From positions 186,001 through 250,000 of the forward strand of contig OZ025688.1 of assembly GCA_964019335.1 (NCBI GenBank): a stretch of DNA of 64,000 nucleotides, given 5' to 3'. Positions 42,845-54,564 of this stretch are shown piece after piece; position 1 is the stretch's first letter, and every line of letters begins with the position of its first letter. The notes under the pieces are model-generated. The model worked only from the letters and a program-made list of their open reading frames with translations. It was not told the origin of the DNA and did not search any database. This stretch comes from Diplonema japonicum (Eukaryota; Protista; Euglenozoa: Diplonemea). A program made the translations under genes and the position numbers.

Positions 42845-44431
42845 ATGAATCCCGCACACAGAATCCAACGGCCCACCAAAACAAGAGCGTTGATCAACAA
42901 AGCCAAGCAAGACCGATTGGGACATGCTGCCCATGCCACAGAGGAAGAAGAAGACCCCATGTGGGCAGGGGTGATGGGCAGGGTAGTGGTAGATCTCACC
43001 AATAGCAGGCATTTAATAGTAAGAAAGGCGGCGACGGTTGCAGGCTGGGTGGTCGAAGGAAAAACAGAAAACCTGGCCGCGCCCGGTTTGGGAAACACCT
43101 TGGTAATGTGGTCAGACATGAGCACAAGCGTGGAAAAAGTGAGCAAGCTTGCAGCGATTGGAGGCAAGATAAACCACTTCCCCTCGATCGATTTGATATG
43201 CAGAAAAGTCCCGCTTGCTGCGAACATAAACAGAATGAAAAAGATTCTTCCAAAAGAGTACAATTCTGTGACACCAAAAACGTTCACAGACTACACAGAG
43301 TTCAGGCAGCACAAGCAGAGCCTGGTTCAGGAACAGGTGAAAAGACCCCATTCAACACCAGCGAAAAAGTTTTACATCGTGAAGCCCAACAACGGGTGCA
43401 TGGGGAAGGGTATCTACCTGACATCGAATCCTTCACAAGACGCCTTTGCACACGCGGTGGTCCAGGAGTATGTGAACAGACCGCTTCTCATTGAGGGGAG
43501 AAAATTTGACATGCGATGCTACGTGCTTGTCACATCAGTCACCCCACCACGAATTTTTTTTTACAACGACGGTTTGGTCCGGCTGTGCTCGGTACAGTAT
43601 ATGCCTGTTGGCGACGAGAACCACGCCGATCAGTGCATGCATCTGTCCAACTACTCCGTGAACAAAAAACACAAATTATTCGAAACCGCCTCTGAAACCG
43701 GTTCTTCAGGCGGAAAGCGTGATTTCGCATTCCTGACGTCCTGGTTGAACCAGAACGGCCACAACGCCGACAAATTCTGGGCGTCTGTTCACAATCTCAT
43801 CGTTAAAACGGTTCTCTCCGTTGCACCTACGTTGGCAACGGCTTATTCCACAGCAGTGAAGGGGAAACAAGACGGGTTCACATGTTTCGAACTGCTTGGG
43901 TTCGATGTACTTGTTAACGACACATTGGAAGTACAGGTTTGCGAGGTTAACCACAGCCCGTCATTGGTAACAGACACACCATTTGACGCCAAGTTGAAAT
44001 TCGATGTTCTTCACGAAACAATGAAGCTAGTTGCTCTACCTTCGAAGGTGCCTAACAACCTCACCCCATCTCCTTCCGGGAAAACTCTTTCAAAGGAGGT
44101 CTCCCTTCAAACAATGCTCGGGATGCATGGTGTCAAAAAGAGGAACTCCAAACGGCGTACGTTAGCCGAGGACGCCGTCCTTTCATCATACCGAAGGGTG
44201 TATCCATCTGAAGACCCGCATCTGCAGGCGTCTTATAGGCATATCTTGCAGGTGCAGACGGGGGTGTCACCGCACCAGCCTTCTGAAAGAAGGTGTGCGA
44301 CACCTTTGCCAGCTGCTTCGAGGCCTATGAACGCAACTCCGCCTCAGAAAATGTTACGCACGCTCACCTCGCCGAAACCTAAAAGGAGCTCGTTTGCTGG
44401 GAGCTTGAAGTTTTCTCCTTATCTGAAGTGA
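42845..44431 (+). CDS. Tubulin-tyrosine ligase-like polyglutamylase (TTLL6/7/11-like)
   Basis: INHFP..ICRK, YIVKP..GKGIYL, QEYV..PLLI.GRKFDMR, HLSNYSVNK, FELLGFD and EVNHSPS motifs. Confidence 0.95.
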   Translation: MNPAHRIQRPTKTRALINKAKQDRLGHAAHATEEEEDPMWAGVMGRVVVDLTNSRHLIVRKAATVAGWVVEGKTENLAAPGLGNTLVMWSDMSTSVEKVSKLAAIGGKINHFPSIDLICRKVPLAANINRMKKILPKEYNSVTPKTFTDYTEFRQHKQSLVQEQVKRPHSTPAKKFYIVKPNNGCMGKGIYLTSNPSQDAFAHAVVQEYVNRPLLIEGRKFDMRCYVLVTSVTPPRIFFYNDGLVRLCSVQYMPVGDENHADQCMHLSNYSVNKKHKLFETASETGSSGGKRDFAFLTSWLNQNGHNADKFWASVHNLIVKTVLSVAPTLATAYSTAVKGKQDGFTCFELLGFDVLVNDTLEVQVCEVNHSPSLVTDTPFDAKLKFDVLHETMKLVALPSKVPNNLTPSPSGKTLSKEVSLQTMLGMHGVKKRNSKRRTLAEDAVLSSYRRVYPSEDPHLQASYRHILQVQTGVSPHQPSERRCATPLPAASRPMNATPPQKMLRTLTSPKPKRSSFAGSLKFSPYLK

Positions 44432-44777
44432 CAGCATTTTTTTATTTTTATTTTATTTTCCTCTTAATGTCTCGTCCGTCCCCCCCTTTAAAAAGTTAAG
44501 TTAAGTTTTACTTTTAAAAAAGATTCTCCTCTCCCCCCCCCCCCCCCCCCACCCACTCATAGATTTTTTTTGACCCTATCCTATAAAAAGATTTTTCCCC
44601 CTTTTTTGTTCAAAAGCAACACTCCCCCAATTTGTTTATAATTGTGTGTTTTTTTATGTTCATTCATTTTTTTTTTTTTTTTTTTTAGAATTTTGCAAGA
44701 AAAAAAAAACCCAACAAAAGCAAAAAAATAATACTAAAGAAATAAGGGAATATACTTTGTTGTCAGTTTCAAACAAG

Positions 44778-45170
44778 ATGTTCACCACCAGGATGCTTCT
44801 CGTTGCCTGTCTTGTTGCCGCCGCCCTTGCGGACAACTACCAGATCCGGCAGTGCACGAACAAGGCGACCGGGGCGACGGCGGACGTCGATATCAAACTT
44901 TCAGAGTGCATGGTGGTGTCTTTCAGTACAAGGCAGTACAACCTCAGCCTGACTCAGTTTAGTATTCTAACGGTCAACAACCACCGGACCCTCACTGCTG
45001 TGGGGAACTCTTTCACCGACAACAAGTGCACGGGTGTGAACACCGAAATCAACCTTTCGTGCTCCTGCGACGCCAACAGCGAGTTAGCCTTCGTGTGCAA
45101 TGGGACCGCCTTCACCGTCCCCTCCCTCCTTGTCCTCGTGGCCTCTGTCATGGTTTACATGATGATGTGA
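44778..45170 (+). CDS. Small six-Cys GPI-signal surface protein, array member 1 (subfamily A)
   Basis: Signal peptide; six-Cys pattern with CxC; hydrophobic C-terminus PSLLVLVASVMVYMMM. Confidence 0.88.
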   Translation: MFTTRMLLVACLVAAALADNYQIRQCTNKATGATADVDIKLSECMVVSFSTRQYNLSLTQFSILTVNNHRTLTAVGNSFTDNKCTGVNTEINLSCSCDANSELAFVCNGTAFTVPSLLVLVASVMVYMMM

Positions 45171-45731
45171 AAAAGAGGAATAGAAGCAGAAAAATATACA
45201 CACAAAAAAAAAAAATAGAAAAAAAACTCACGGTTTAGCAAAGAGACACCCCTCGTCCTCTTTGCTACCACTTCTCCTCTATCTCCATCTTCGTTGTGTC
45301 CTGACAGCCAGAAGCCAGCACAGCTTCTTAATGTTGTCTTGACACCTACCTCTCCTTTGTTTTTTTTATCTGCTTTTGTAAGTCTCTGGAGCAGCTCACC
45401 TGCAGTAAGCATGCCCCGTAGCATGCTGGGTGTGGGGTTGATCACCCTCCAGCAGTCTTTGCAGCGCCTCTTTATTTTCTTTTAGTTGGATTTGTGTCCA
45501 CGCTGCTGGATAGATACGGCGGGCCAAACCACGACAGAAAGGATCGAACCAAGAAGAGTTGATTTGTCATGGAGAGTCCTATCACAGTTGCAGGTTCCCT
45601 TCAAAGACACCTTTCCTTTATCCCTTTTTACTTTAAAAGTTACTATTCCTCTTCATTCATTTCTCTACCTTCTCAACATCACAACAGCCATTTCACACTC
45701 TTCTTTAATTCTCATCATCACATTAAACAAA

Positions 45732-46103
45732 ATGTTCACCAGGATGCTCCTTGTTGCCTGCCTCACTGCCGTTGCCCTTGCTGACAACTACCAGTTCCAG
45801 GTGTGCACAGCTGGGAACGTGACGGGGTCGAAGTTCGACATTGAGAACGACAAGTGCACGGTGATCACGAGCACGAACACGAACTTCACCCTGACGGGTG
45901 TTACGGGTCTTGCTGAGAACCAGACCCTCGCTGGTGTGCTGAACGTGTTCAGCGATGACGTGTGCACGGCTCCCGCCAGCATGTCCACAGATGTTGCCTG
46001 CGACTGTGGCAGCAACGCCTACGCCCTGGTGTGCGATGGGGCTTCCTTCGCCGTCCCCTCCCTCCTTGTCCTCGTGGCCTCTGTCATGGTTTACATGATG
46101 TGA
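45732..46103 (+). CDS. Surface protein array member 2 (subfamily A)
   Basis: Same architecture; near-identical to 52924-53295. Confidence 0.9.
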   Translation: MFTRMLLVACLTAVALADNYQFQVCTAGNVTGSKFDIENDKCTVITSTNTNFTLTGVTGLAENQTLAGVLNVFSDDVCTAPASMSTDVACDCGSNAYALVCDGASFAVPSLLVLVASVMVYMM

Positions 46104-46446
46104 GCTGGAGTCACTGACTAGAAGTTCGAATTTTATTTATTTTTCTTACTTTTCAATCGAAAGAAACGAATGAACTGATTCTGTCTTCTTCTACAGTTAT
46201 GAGCTGAATACCTAGAAGAAGAAAATAGAAGTAGGGTAGACTGTGTCCCATCTGAGGTTCCAGATTTCCATCTCAGTTGAGATGTCATTCCAACTTGTCC
46301 CCACCCCGTCCGCGTTACTTGTTTGAAGTGTAAACCCATTTCAATCATTTACTTTTTGCTCATATTTTCATTCCCACAAAACACCCTTGCGCTGAAATCT
46401 TTTTTTTTTGAAATTTACTTACCTTTTTTGGAAAGACTCCACTGCT

Positions 46447-46495
46447 CCCCTCTCTCCTTGTCCTCGTGGCCTCTGTCATGGTTTACATGATGTGA
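46447..46495 (+). pseudogene. Orphan 3' fragment (GPI-signal tail) of a subfamily A gene
   Basis: CTCCTTGTCCTCGTGGCCTCTGTCATGGTTTACATGATGTGA present with no gene body upstream. Confidence 0.85.
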
Positions 46496-47081
46496 GACTT
46501 AGATCTTGAATGGATTCTATTATTTCTCTGCAAATTAGAAATCAAAATAAACTGCAGTCGCAGCCGAGTGAGGTTATCGGCCTCAGTAAACTCTGCCTTG
46601 CTCACATGGACAATGCCCCTGGCTGCCTCGTTCTGCATGCCCACTTCCCCCCTTTTTTTTTGCATTCTTTTTCTCTTTAACTTACAGTCACTTCTCGCTT
46701 TCCACAGAACGGGTCGGGGTATCAATCTTTTTGTCTGGTTGGTCACAATAGAAGAGAGAGAAAAAAAATGGGTGGAGGGGAAGGGAAAGAAAGACAAAAG
46801 AATACTGTTGCAGTTAGGCAAATTATTCTTTCTACTGTCTTTTCTTCTCCCCCTTTCCCCCGTCCATTCGTAGTTGTAGCGTTTCCTTTGTTTTTTTTTT
46901 TTATCTTTTTTTACTGAATCATTTTTCTTCTTCTTTTTTAGCCTGTGTCTTTCCGGCATTTCAGTTTTATTTCTTTTTATTTTTTTGAGTTTCATTTTTG
47001 TCAGCTTTGCCCTCTACCCCTATCCCCTCACAGATTTTCAATTGAACATAAAAAAAAAAAAAAAAAAAAATAATAAACAAA

Positions 47082-47444
47082 ATGTCGTGTTTCAAGCTTA
47101 TTGCCCTCCTCGCACTTGTGAGCACAGTGAGCGCTGACAGCATCACTCTCAGGCAATGCAGCGATGGTCAGACAAGAAGTGTGGCCCTCGACCAGTGTAT
47201 CAAGAGCGGCCAAAGCTACGGGAAGTTCACCCTGACCAGTGGGACTCTTGCAAATGGCTCTGCCATTGTGGCAATGAAGACATACGGTGATTCTGATGAC
47301 AAGTGCGTCACACCGCAGTTTACCATCAGCATAACCTGTGAGTGTGGAAAAACTCTCCCTCTGCAGATCGTCTGCTCGGCCGCCGCTGGTCTGGTGCCTT
47401 CGGCCTTCTTTATGGCTCTTGCGTTGTTGGCGATGGTCTTCTAG
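47082..47444 (+). CDS. Surface protein array member 3 (subfamily B)
   Basis: MSCFKLIALL signal; six Cys in the mature region; tail PSAFFMALALLAMVF. Confidence 0.9.
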   Translation: MSCFKLIALLALVSTVSADSITLRQCSDGQTRSVALDQCIKSGQSYGKFTLTSGTLANGSAIVAMKTYGDSDDKCVTPQFTISITCECGKTLPLQIVCSAAAGLVPSAFFMALALLAMVF

Positions 47445-48574
47445 TGAGGGGGAAAAAAAAAAAAAGACAAAGAAAGATCCAACCATTGAATCCTCCCCAG
47501 ATCGGGGAGTGACCTTGCTGCTCTCTCTTTCATCAATAAAGACATATTGGTGGCAGGTGGAGAGGTAAAGGGATGCTTTCTTTCATTCTTTCTCACAGCC
47601 ACCTCCGCGCACCGAAAAATATATATATTTATTTTTTTCTCTGCACTGAGTTTTTTTTCATTTTAGGTTTCCCCCCCTGCTGAGCCCCCATGAGTATACT
47701 GCAATTTTATTGAGCTTTTTTTTTTTTTTTTATTCTGTTTCTGAAACGTTTATCACCAGCGTGCTGTAACTCACTTTATTTTGGCACGTTGGCGATGGCT
47801 GTGGTGGTCGTTGCAAGAGCGCCTATAAGTAAGGGAAGTATTGCACGATTCAGAGCAGAATAGTTTCTTATTTTATTTATTAGGGTGGTCCTCCAGCAGC
47901 GTTTCTTTCTTCTTTTTTTTTTCTTTTTTTTTTTTTTTTTTTTTCTATTACGAATTTAGAGGAAGGTGGGAAGTGAGAGGAAAAAGAGAAAGTCAACGAC
48001 GGAAGAAACAAAAAAAAAAAAAAAAAAAGTCAGTTGAATGTCACATGTGCACAGCCGAGATTAACCTGTAGAAGGGTAAGCCATACCACTCACCATCTCT
48101 TCTCAGCTACAGCAATTCATTGCTGAACACGGCCATGTCACTAGTGTTGGTACCAAAGAAAAACACCACCCCTGTAATCAAGTAGACAGGTGCTTGTGCA
48201 GGGTGTCACCAACACTGCCCTCTTTTATCTTACAACATACTCTCAAATTAGTGCTTAATTGCTTCTGTGACCCTTCTCTTTATTTATTCGAAAGCGTTCT
48301 TTATCTCTTCACTTTTACTTACTACTGGATCACAGAACAGGGGACTTGGGAGGCTGGCTTAGCTTCACAAGAATGGCCGCTGTGTCGCATACGGCGCACA
48401 GCACCACTAAAATCGAAACAACCCCTTTTCTTTTTAGCCTGTGTCTTTCCGGCATTTCAGTTTTATTTCTTTTTATTTTTTTGAGTTTCATTTTTGTCAG
48501 CTTTGCCCTCTACCCCTATCCCCTCACAGATTTTCAATTGAACATAAAAAAAAAAAAAAAAAACAATAAACAAA

Positions 48575-48937
48575 ATGTCGTGTTTCAAGCTTATTGCCCT
48601 CCTCGCACTTGTGAGCACAGTGAGCGCTGACAGCATCACTCTCAGGCAATGCAGCGATGGTCAGACAAGAAGTGTGGCCCTCGACCAGTGTATCAAGAGC
48701 GACCAAAGCTACGGGATGTTCACCCTGACCAGTGGGACTCTTGCAAATGGCTCTGCCATTGTGGCAATGAAGACATACGGTGATTCTGATGACAAGTGCG
48801 TCACACCGCAGTTTACCATCAGCATAACCTGTGAGTGTGGAAAAACTCTCCCTCTGCAGATTGTCTGCTCGGCCGCCGCTGGTCTGGTGCCTTCGGCCTT
48901 CTTTATGGCTCTTGCGTTGTTGGCGATGGTCTTCTAG
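48575..48937 (+). CDS. Surface protein array member 4 (subfamily B)
   Basis: Differs from member 3 at two residues (G>D, K>M). Confidence 0.9.
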   Translation: MSCFKLIALLALVSTVSADSITLRQCSDGQTRSVALDQCIKSDQSYGMFTLTSGTLANGSAIVAMKTYGDSDDKCVTPQFTISITCECGKTLPLQIVCSAAAGLVPSAFFMALALLAMVF

Positions 48938-49401
48938 TGAGGGAAAAAAAAAAAAAAAAAAGACAAAGAAAGATCCAACCATTGAATTCGCTTCCCTCCC
49001 CAGATCGGGAAGTGACCTTGCTGCTCTCTCTTTCGTCAATAAGGAAATATTGGTGGCAGGTGGAGAGGTAAAGGGATGCTTTCTTTTTTTTCTTGCAAAC
49101 CCCTGTTTTTTTTTTTTTTTTTTACTCTGTTTTCTGAAACGTTTAGCTCCCTTGAAGCTCACCAGCGTGCTGTAGCTCACTTTATTTTGGCACGTTGGCG
49201 ATGGCTGTGGTGGTCGTTGCAAGAGCGCCTATAGGAAGTATTGCACGATTCAGTTAACAGAATAGGTTTTCATTTTATTTATTAGGGCAGTCCTCCAGCA
49301 GGGGGCTTGTCCTGTGCTTTGAGCTTTTTTTTTTTTTTTCAATTACGAATTTAGAGAAAGGTGGGAGGTGCGAACGAGAAAGTCAACGACGGAAGAAACA
49401 A

Positions 49402-49437
<36 letters not shown>

Positions 49438-49932
49438 AGTTGAATGTCACATGTGCACAGCCGAGATTAACCTGTAGAAGGGTAAGCCATACCACTCACC
49501 ATCTCTTCTCAGCTACAGCAATTCATTGCTGAACACGGCCATGTCACTAGTGTTGGTACCAAAGAAAAACACCACCCCTGTAATCAAGTAGACAGGTGCT
49601 TGTGCAGGGTGTCACCAACACTGCCCTCTTTTATCTTACAACATACTCTCAAATTAGTGCTTAATTGCTTCTGTGACCCTTCTCTTTATTTATTCGAAAG
49701 CGTTCTTTATCTCTTCACTTTTACTTACTACTGGATCACAGAACAGGGGACTTGGGAGGCTGGCTTAGCTTCACAAGAATGGCCGCTGTGTCGCATACGG
49801 CGCACAGCACTAAAAAAAAAATCGAAACAATACCCCCCCCCCCCCCCCCCCCTGTTTTGTGTTTTTGTTTCAAGTTTCATTTCTCGTCTCGTAGATTTTT
49901 CCAATTGTTCAAATAGATTTAAAAAAAACAAA

Positions 49933-50295
49933 ATGTCGTGTTTTAAGCTTATTGCCCTCCTCGCACTTGTGAGCACAGTGAGCGGGGTTACGCTCACTTT
50001 TCGATCGTGCAGTGATGGGTCCACGCAAAATGCGGCCCTCGATACATGTTTCCAAAGTGGTCCTGACTATTTGAAGTTAGTTCAGGCCAGTGGGTCTGTT
50101 GCAAACAGCACTGCCATAGTTATCATGAAGCGCTACACCGGAGCTGATTTTTCTTGCTCTTTACCTACGTCATCTGTAAATATAAGCTGTGAGTGTACAA
50201 AGGATAATGCCCTGCAAATCGTCTGTTCGTCCGCCGCTGGTCTGGTGCCTTCGGCCTTCTTTGTGACTGTTGCTTTGCTGGCGATGGTCTTCTAG
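49933..50295 (+). CDS. Surface protein array member 5 (subfamily B, divergent core)
   Basis: Signal and tail shared with members 3 and 4; the middle differs. Confidence 0.9.
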   Translation: MSCFKLIALLALVSTVSGVTLTFRSCSDGSTQNAALDTCFQSGPDYLKLVQASGSVANSTAIVIMKRYTGADFSCSLPTSSVNISCECTKDNALQIVCSSAAGLVPSAFFVTVALLAMVF

Positions 50296-50908
50296 TGAAA
50301 GAAAGAAAAAAAAAAAAAAAGTACGCACTTTTTCCTTTTGAGAGCTCTCTCCCTTTACTGCATTTTTAGAATATATAAGAGATTTTTTTTTTTTTTTTTT
50401 TTTTTCCCGCAAAGAAAAAAAAAAGCAGAAGATAACAGGAGAAAAGAGGAAAAAATGGAGGGAAAAGGAGGAGGAAGAAAAAAAGGGGGATGTTCCATGT
50501 ACTACCTTTTTTATTAGTAGATTATTATCCTCCTTTCTTATTTTCAGGCATTTAAAAAAAAGGAAGAAAAAAAAAAATAAGAACCCCCCTTCTAACTTTT
50601 TTGCTTGAATAAGAAAAACAATAACTCCATTCCCTCGCCTCTCTACTCTTACTGTTTTTTTTTTTTTTTTTTTTTTTTTTTTATTATTATTTTGTGTTGT
50701 CTGTCATTCGAGCACATTCTGAATGCAGGTAGTACTCAGCTCTCTTTTCTAAAATCCTATCGTTCCTCCCTTTTTATCTTCTTGTTTTTTTCTTATTACG
50801 AGGGCACCTTCAAAAAGGAAACTGGCAAAGGCGCAACATAAACTTAATTTCAACAATTCAGCTGTCATTTCTTTAAAGAAAAAAAAAGCAAAAAAGAAAA
50901 AAACAAAA

Positions 50909-51292
50909 ATGTCGATCAGGATGCTCCTCGTTGTTTGCCTTGCTGCCGTTGCCCTTGCTGACACGTTCCAGATCCAGCAGTGCACGAACAAGAAGGCGAC
51001 CGGTAAAAAGATGAACATCAAGACAACAGGGTGCAACGCACTCACCTTCGGGAAGGCGAAGTTCAACCTTGCCCTCTCAGGGGTGAAGGGACGCACGTCA
51101 AACTCGACCCTCGTTGCTGTGGTGAAGGACTACCCGAGCAACAAGTGCACGGGGACCGTGAAGTCCACAGGCGCCGTTGCCTGTACTTGCGTGGGCAGCA
51201 ATGCCTTCTCCTTCGTGTGCAACGGGAGTCCTGCCATCGCCATCCCCTCCCTCTTCCTCCTCGCCGCCTCCCTCGTGGTCTACTTGTTGTAG
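50909..51292 (+). CDS. Surface protein array member 6 (subfamily A, Lys-rich)
   Basis: Same Cys spacing and hydrophobic tail. Confidence 0.9.
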   Translation: MSIRMLLVVCLAAVALADTFQIQQCTNKKATGKKMNIKTTGCNALTFGKAKFNLALSGVKGRTSNSTLVAVVKDYPSNKCTGTVKSTGAVACTCVGSNAFSFVCNGSPAIAIPSLFLLAASLVVYLL

Positions 51293-51997
51293 GTTGGCGA
51301 CGAACAAAGACAACAAGTTCTTTGTTTACTAAGATAACGGTTCACCTTTACACCTCTCCCCCCCTCCCTTCGTTGCTGCTTCATTCTTTTGAATTCAAAC
51401 TTGTTTAATTCTATTTCTGAAACAAATTGAAACATTCTTGTGTTTTTCAATTTATTCGCTAGCTTCTTCTGTTTTTCTTCTCTTTATCTTCCCACTGTCC
51501 ACCTCTGCCCTCCCAAAAGCAAAGGTGAAGTGGACAAAGGTGAAGAGGGGAAGGGGGGTGGTGACAATCTCACCGTGAAAAGGCCGTCCACTGCAGCGGT
51601 AGAATGGCGAGGAAGGCTCTTCTTTGCTGTTTTTTTTTTTGCGTGTGGATGTCATCCACTCCCCCTCGGCCCAAAATATACATCTTTTTCTTTTTTCTTC
51701 CCTTTCTTTTTTTTCTTGCAACAACGAGTCTTTGACTCTTGTCCAGACAAAGGGGGAACGCTGGCAACGTGTTTACAACGGGTTATAAACTTCTCCAGGT
51801 TTGCACCCCGACACAATACAAACAACGGCCAATTCCTTTTCCTTTTTCTGTCTTTCATGCTGTACTTCTTTTCCTGCTTTTTTTTTTTTATTGTTTGACT
51901 TTCAGCTTGTTGCCTTTGGGTTCACACCACTCACCACAGATTTCTTACCTTCTCTCCAATCCCAACCTTCAAAAACACAAAAAACAAATCCGAAAAA

Positions 51998-52378
51998 ATG
52001 TCGATCAGGATGCTCCTCGTTGCCTGCCTCGTTGCCGCCTCTCTTGCGGACTCGTTCCAGATCCAGCAGTGCACGAGTGGGAACGCGACGGGCCCCAAGC
52101 TGAGCATCGAGCTTGCGGGGTGCAGCCTGCTGACGTTCGGTGATAAGCCGTACAACCTCAGCCTGACTGGGGTTAAGGGGTCCAACCTCTACCAGAACCT
52201 CACTGCTGTGGGGAACTCCTTCACCGACAACAAGTGCAAGAATGCGAACCCCGCCACAACCGATATTTCGTGCACCTGCGCCTCCGACAGCCAGTTCACC
52301 TTTGTGTGCGATGGGGCCTCCTTCGCCGTCCCCTCCCTCCTTGTCCTCGTGGCCTCTGTCATGGTTTACATGATGTGA
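51998..52378 (+). CDS. Surface protein array member 7 (subfamily A)
   Basis: Same architecture; shares blocks with members 1 and 6. Confidence 0.9.
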   Translation: MSIRMLLVACLVAASLADSFQIQQCTSGNATGPKLSIELAGCSLLTFGDKPYNLSLTGVKGSNLYQNLTAVGNSFTDNKCKNANPATTDISCTCASDSQFTFVCDGASFAVPSLLVLVASVMVYMM

Positions 52379-52499
52379 GAGGTTTTAAAATGATGTAATA
52401 ATGAATAATGATATGGTCCCCCTTTTGAGGACATTGTGTGGAAGAATCTTTTGAAACAGAAACAAAATAGACATTGAGAATATGGAAAAAAAAAAGAAG

Positions 52500-53295
52500 A
52501 AAAAAAAAAAAAAAACTCACGGTTGGAAAAGAGACACCTCTCGTCCTCTTTGCTACCACTTTGCCTTTCTACCTCCATCTTCGTTGTGTCCTGACAGCCA
52601 GAAGCCAGCATGGCTTCTCGTAGCTCTTTGGGTTCGGCTTGACACCTACCTCTCCTCTATACTGTTAGTTGCTTTTTTTTCTTTTGTCAGCTTTTGTAAG
52701 TCTCTGGAACCGACTCCACTGCTCACCTGCAGTAAGCATGCCCCGTAGCATGCTGGGTGTGGGGTTGATCACCTCCAGCAGTCTTTGCAGCGCCTCTTTC
52801 TTTTCTTTTATCCTTGCTTACTACAAAAGTTACTATTCCTCTTCATTCATTTCTTTACCTTCTCAACATCACAACAGCCTCTTTTCGCACTCTTCTTTAA
52901 TTCTCATCATCACATTAAACAAAATGTTCACCAGGATGCTCCTCGTTGCCTGCCTCACTGCCGTTGCCCTTGCTGACAACTACCAGTTCCAGGTGTGCAC
53001 AGCTGGGAACGTGACGGGGTCGAAGTTCGACATTGAGAACGACAAGTGCACGGTGATCACGAGCACGAACACGAACTTCACCCTGACGGGTGTTACGGGT
53101 CTTGCTGAGAACCAGACCCTCGCTGGTGTGCTGAACGTGTTCAGCGATGACGTGTGCACGGCTCCCGCCAGCATGTCCACAGATGTTGCCTGCACCTGTG
53201 GCAGCAACGCCTACGCCCTGGTGTGCGATGGGGCCGCCTTCGCTGTCCCCTCCCTCCTTGTCCTCGTGGCCTCTGTCATGGTTTACATGATGTAA
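52500..53295. repeat. Duplicate of about 45205-46103 (spacer plus gene)
   Basis: Shared spacer text (e.g. CTCACCTGCAGTAAGCATGCCCCGTAGCATGCTGGG) and shared CDS. Confidence 0.9.
52924..53295 (+). CDS. Surface protein array member 8 (subfamily A)
   Basis: Differs from member 2 at two residues (D>T, S>A). Confidence 0.9.
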   Translation: MFTRMLLVACLTAVALADNYQFQVCTAGNVTGSKFDIENDKCTVITSTNTNFTLTGVTGLAENQTLAGVLNVFSDDVCTAPASMSTDVACTCGSNAYALVCDGAAFAVPSLLVLVASVMVYMM

Positions 53296-53869
53296 ATTGA
53301 CAGGAATATTTAGTTTATTATTTTTGCTTTATTTTATCTTATTTTTATTCTGTGTTTTTTTATTTTATATTCATCTCCAGCAAGATGACATGTGCTGGGG
53401 GGGTCCCTGACGAGAGAGCCCCCTCAAGGGCATGACAACGAAGAGCTCCATTTTCACACAGTTTCCACAATATCATCTGTTTTACCCTAGAAAGAAGAAG
53501 GCAAAAAAAAAGTGCTTCCGTGACTATGCTTGTAAAAGGTTTAAATGATAAGTAAGGACTTTCTTTCTTGCAGTTTTCTTTTTTCTTTTTTTTTTTATTT
53601 GCTGCTTTTTTTTGCTGCTCCTTTTCCCTTACTTAAGCTAAACCTAAAAACAAGTTTTGCCATGTTATTTAAACTCTACCACAGGACGACACGCTAGCTA
53701 ATAAATTGAAGTAGAGGGGGGGGGGGGGGGGGGGGGGGGGGGAAGGAGGCAAAAGAAGATAGAAAGAAAAATATTGGTGATACCTTTAACCCAGTTTTAT
53801 TTTTCATGGCCCTCCCCCCCTCCCTCTCTCTCTCTCTCTTTTTCCTTCATTCTTTTTTTTTCTTTTATT

Positions 53870-54486
53870 CACATGGGTTGCATACCGATTTTTTTCGGAA
53901 GTCACCCCCCGACATGAGGGGCTGCGAGTTTTCTGCTATTGCACTTGAGTCTAAAACAATAGAAGGATGTCAGCCGGGGGTGATTCACCTTGATCTAGAA
54001 AGCCCTTTTTTTCTGAAAGTCGAGTCTAGGGGCTTACCCTCACCTGGCCGATTTTTTGACCTTTTTTTTCAAAAAAAAATAAAATTAGGGGTACGTTAAT
54101 TGGGCCTCTCGGCAACACTGTGAACACTTTTTTTTTTCCCCCGAACGTTTGTGCGTTCGACTGCTGGGGAAGCAGGGAATTGCGGATGGCAGCAAGAAGA
54201 ACTCTATCGATGCAGGGCTTAGGAAAGAGCCCTCTAGAGTCTCCCTGTGTCGTGGTTGATGGGAGAAGAACTGACTGATGTCTTCTCGCACGGCCTTAAC
54301 CCAGTTATCTGGCTTATCCGGATTAATAAAAGGAGAAAATTTCCTCACAAAGGGGCAACCCCTGCCCGTGGGCCTACCGCAGGCACAAGAAATTCGCCGA
54401 TCTACGTAGACAGGCGATTTTTCAAAAAGAATTGCTTAGATCGGCGATCGCCGGTCTATCCCCACCTTTCCGGGGGCCCTGAGTTG
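53870..54486. mobile_element. Putative hairpin-rich insertion upstream of member 9
   Basis: Complex sequence with a nested hairpin at 53900-53985, a CGCCGATCTA/TAGATCGGCG inverted repeat near 54396-54446, and an end CTGAGTTG before the A-run. No second copy in the window. Confidence 0.4.
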
Positions 54487-54564
54487 AAAAAAAAAAAAAA
54501 GGAAAAAAAAAAAACAGCCCTCTTAATCTTTACAAACACATTCAAAAAAAAAAAAAAAAAAAAA

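Larger units (their letters stand above)
46938..49810. repeat. Tandem segmental duplication, about 1.45 kb period (46938-48405 vs 48434-49810)
   Basis: CDS and spacer are near-identical between the two units. Confidence 0.92.
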
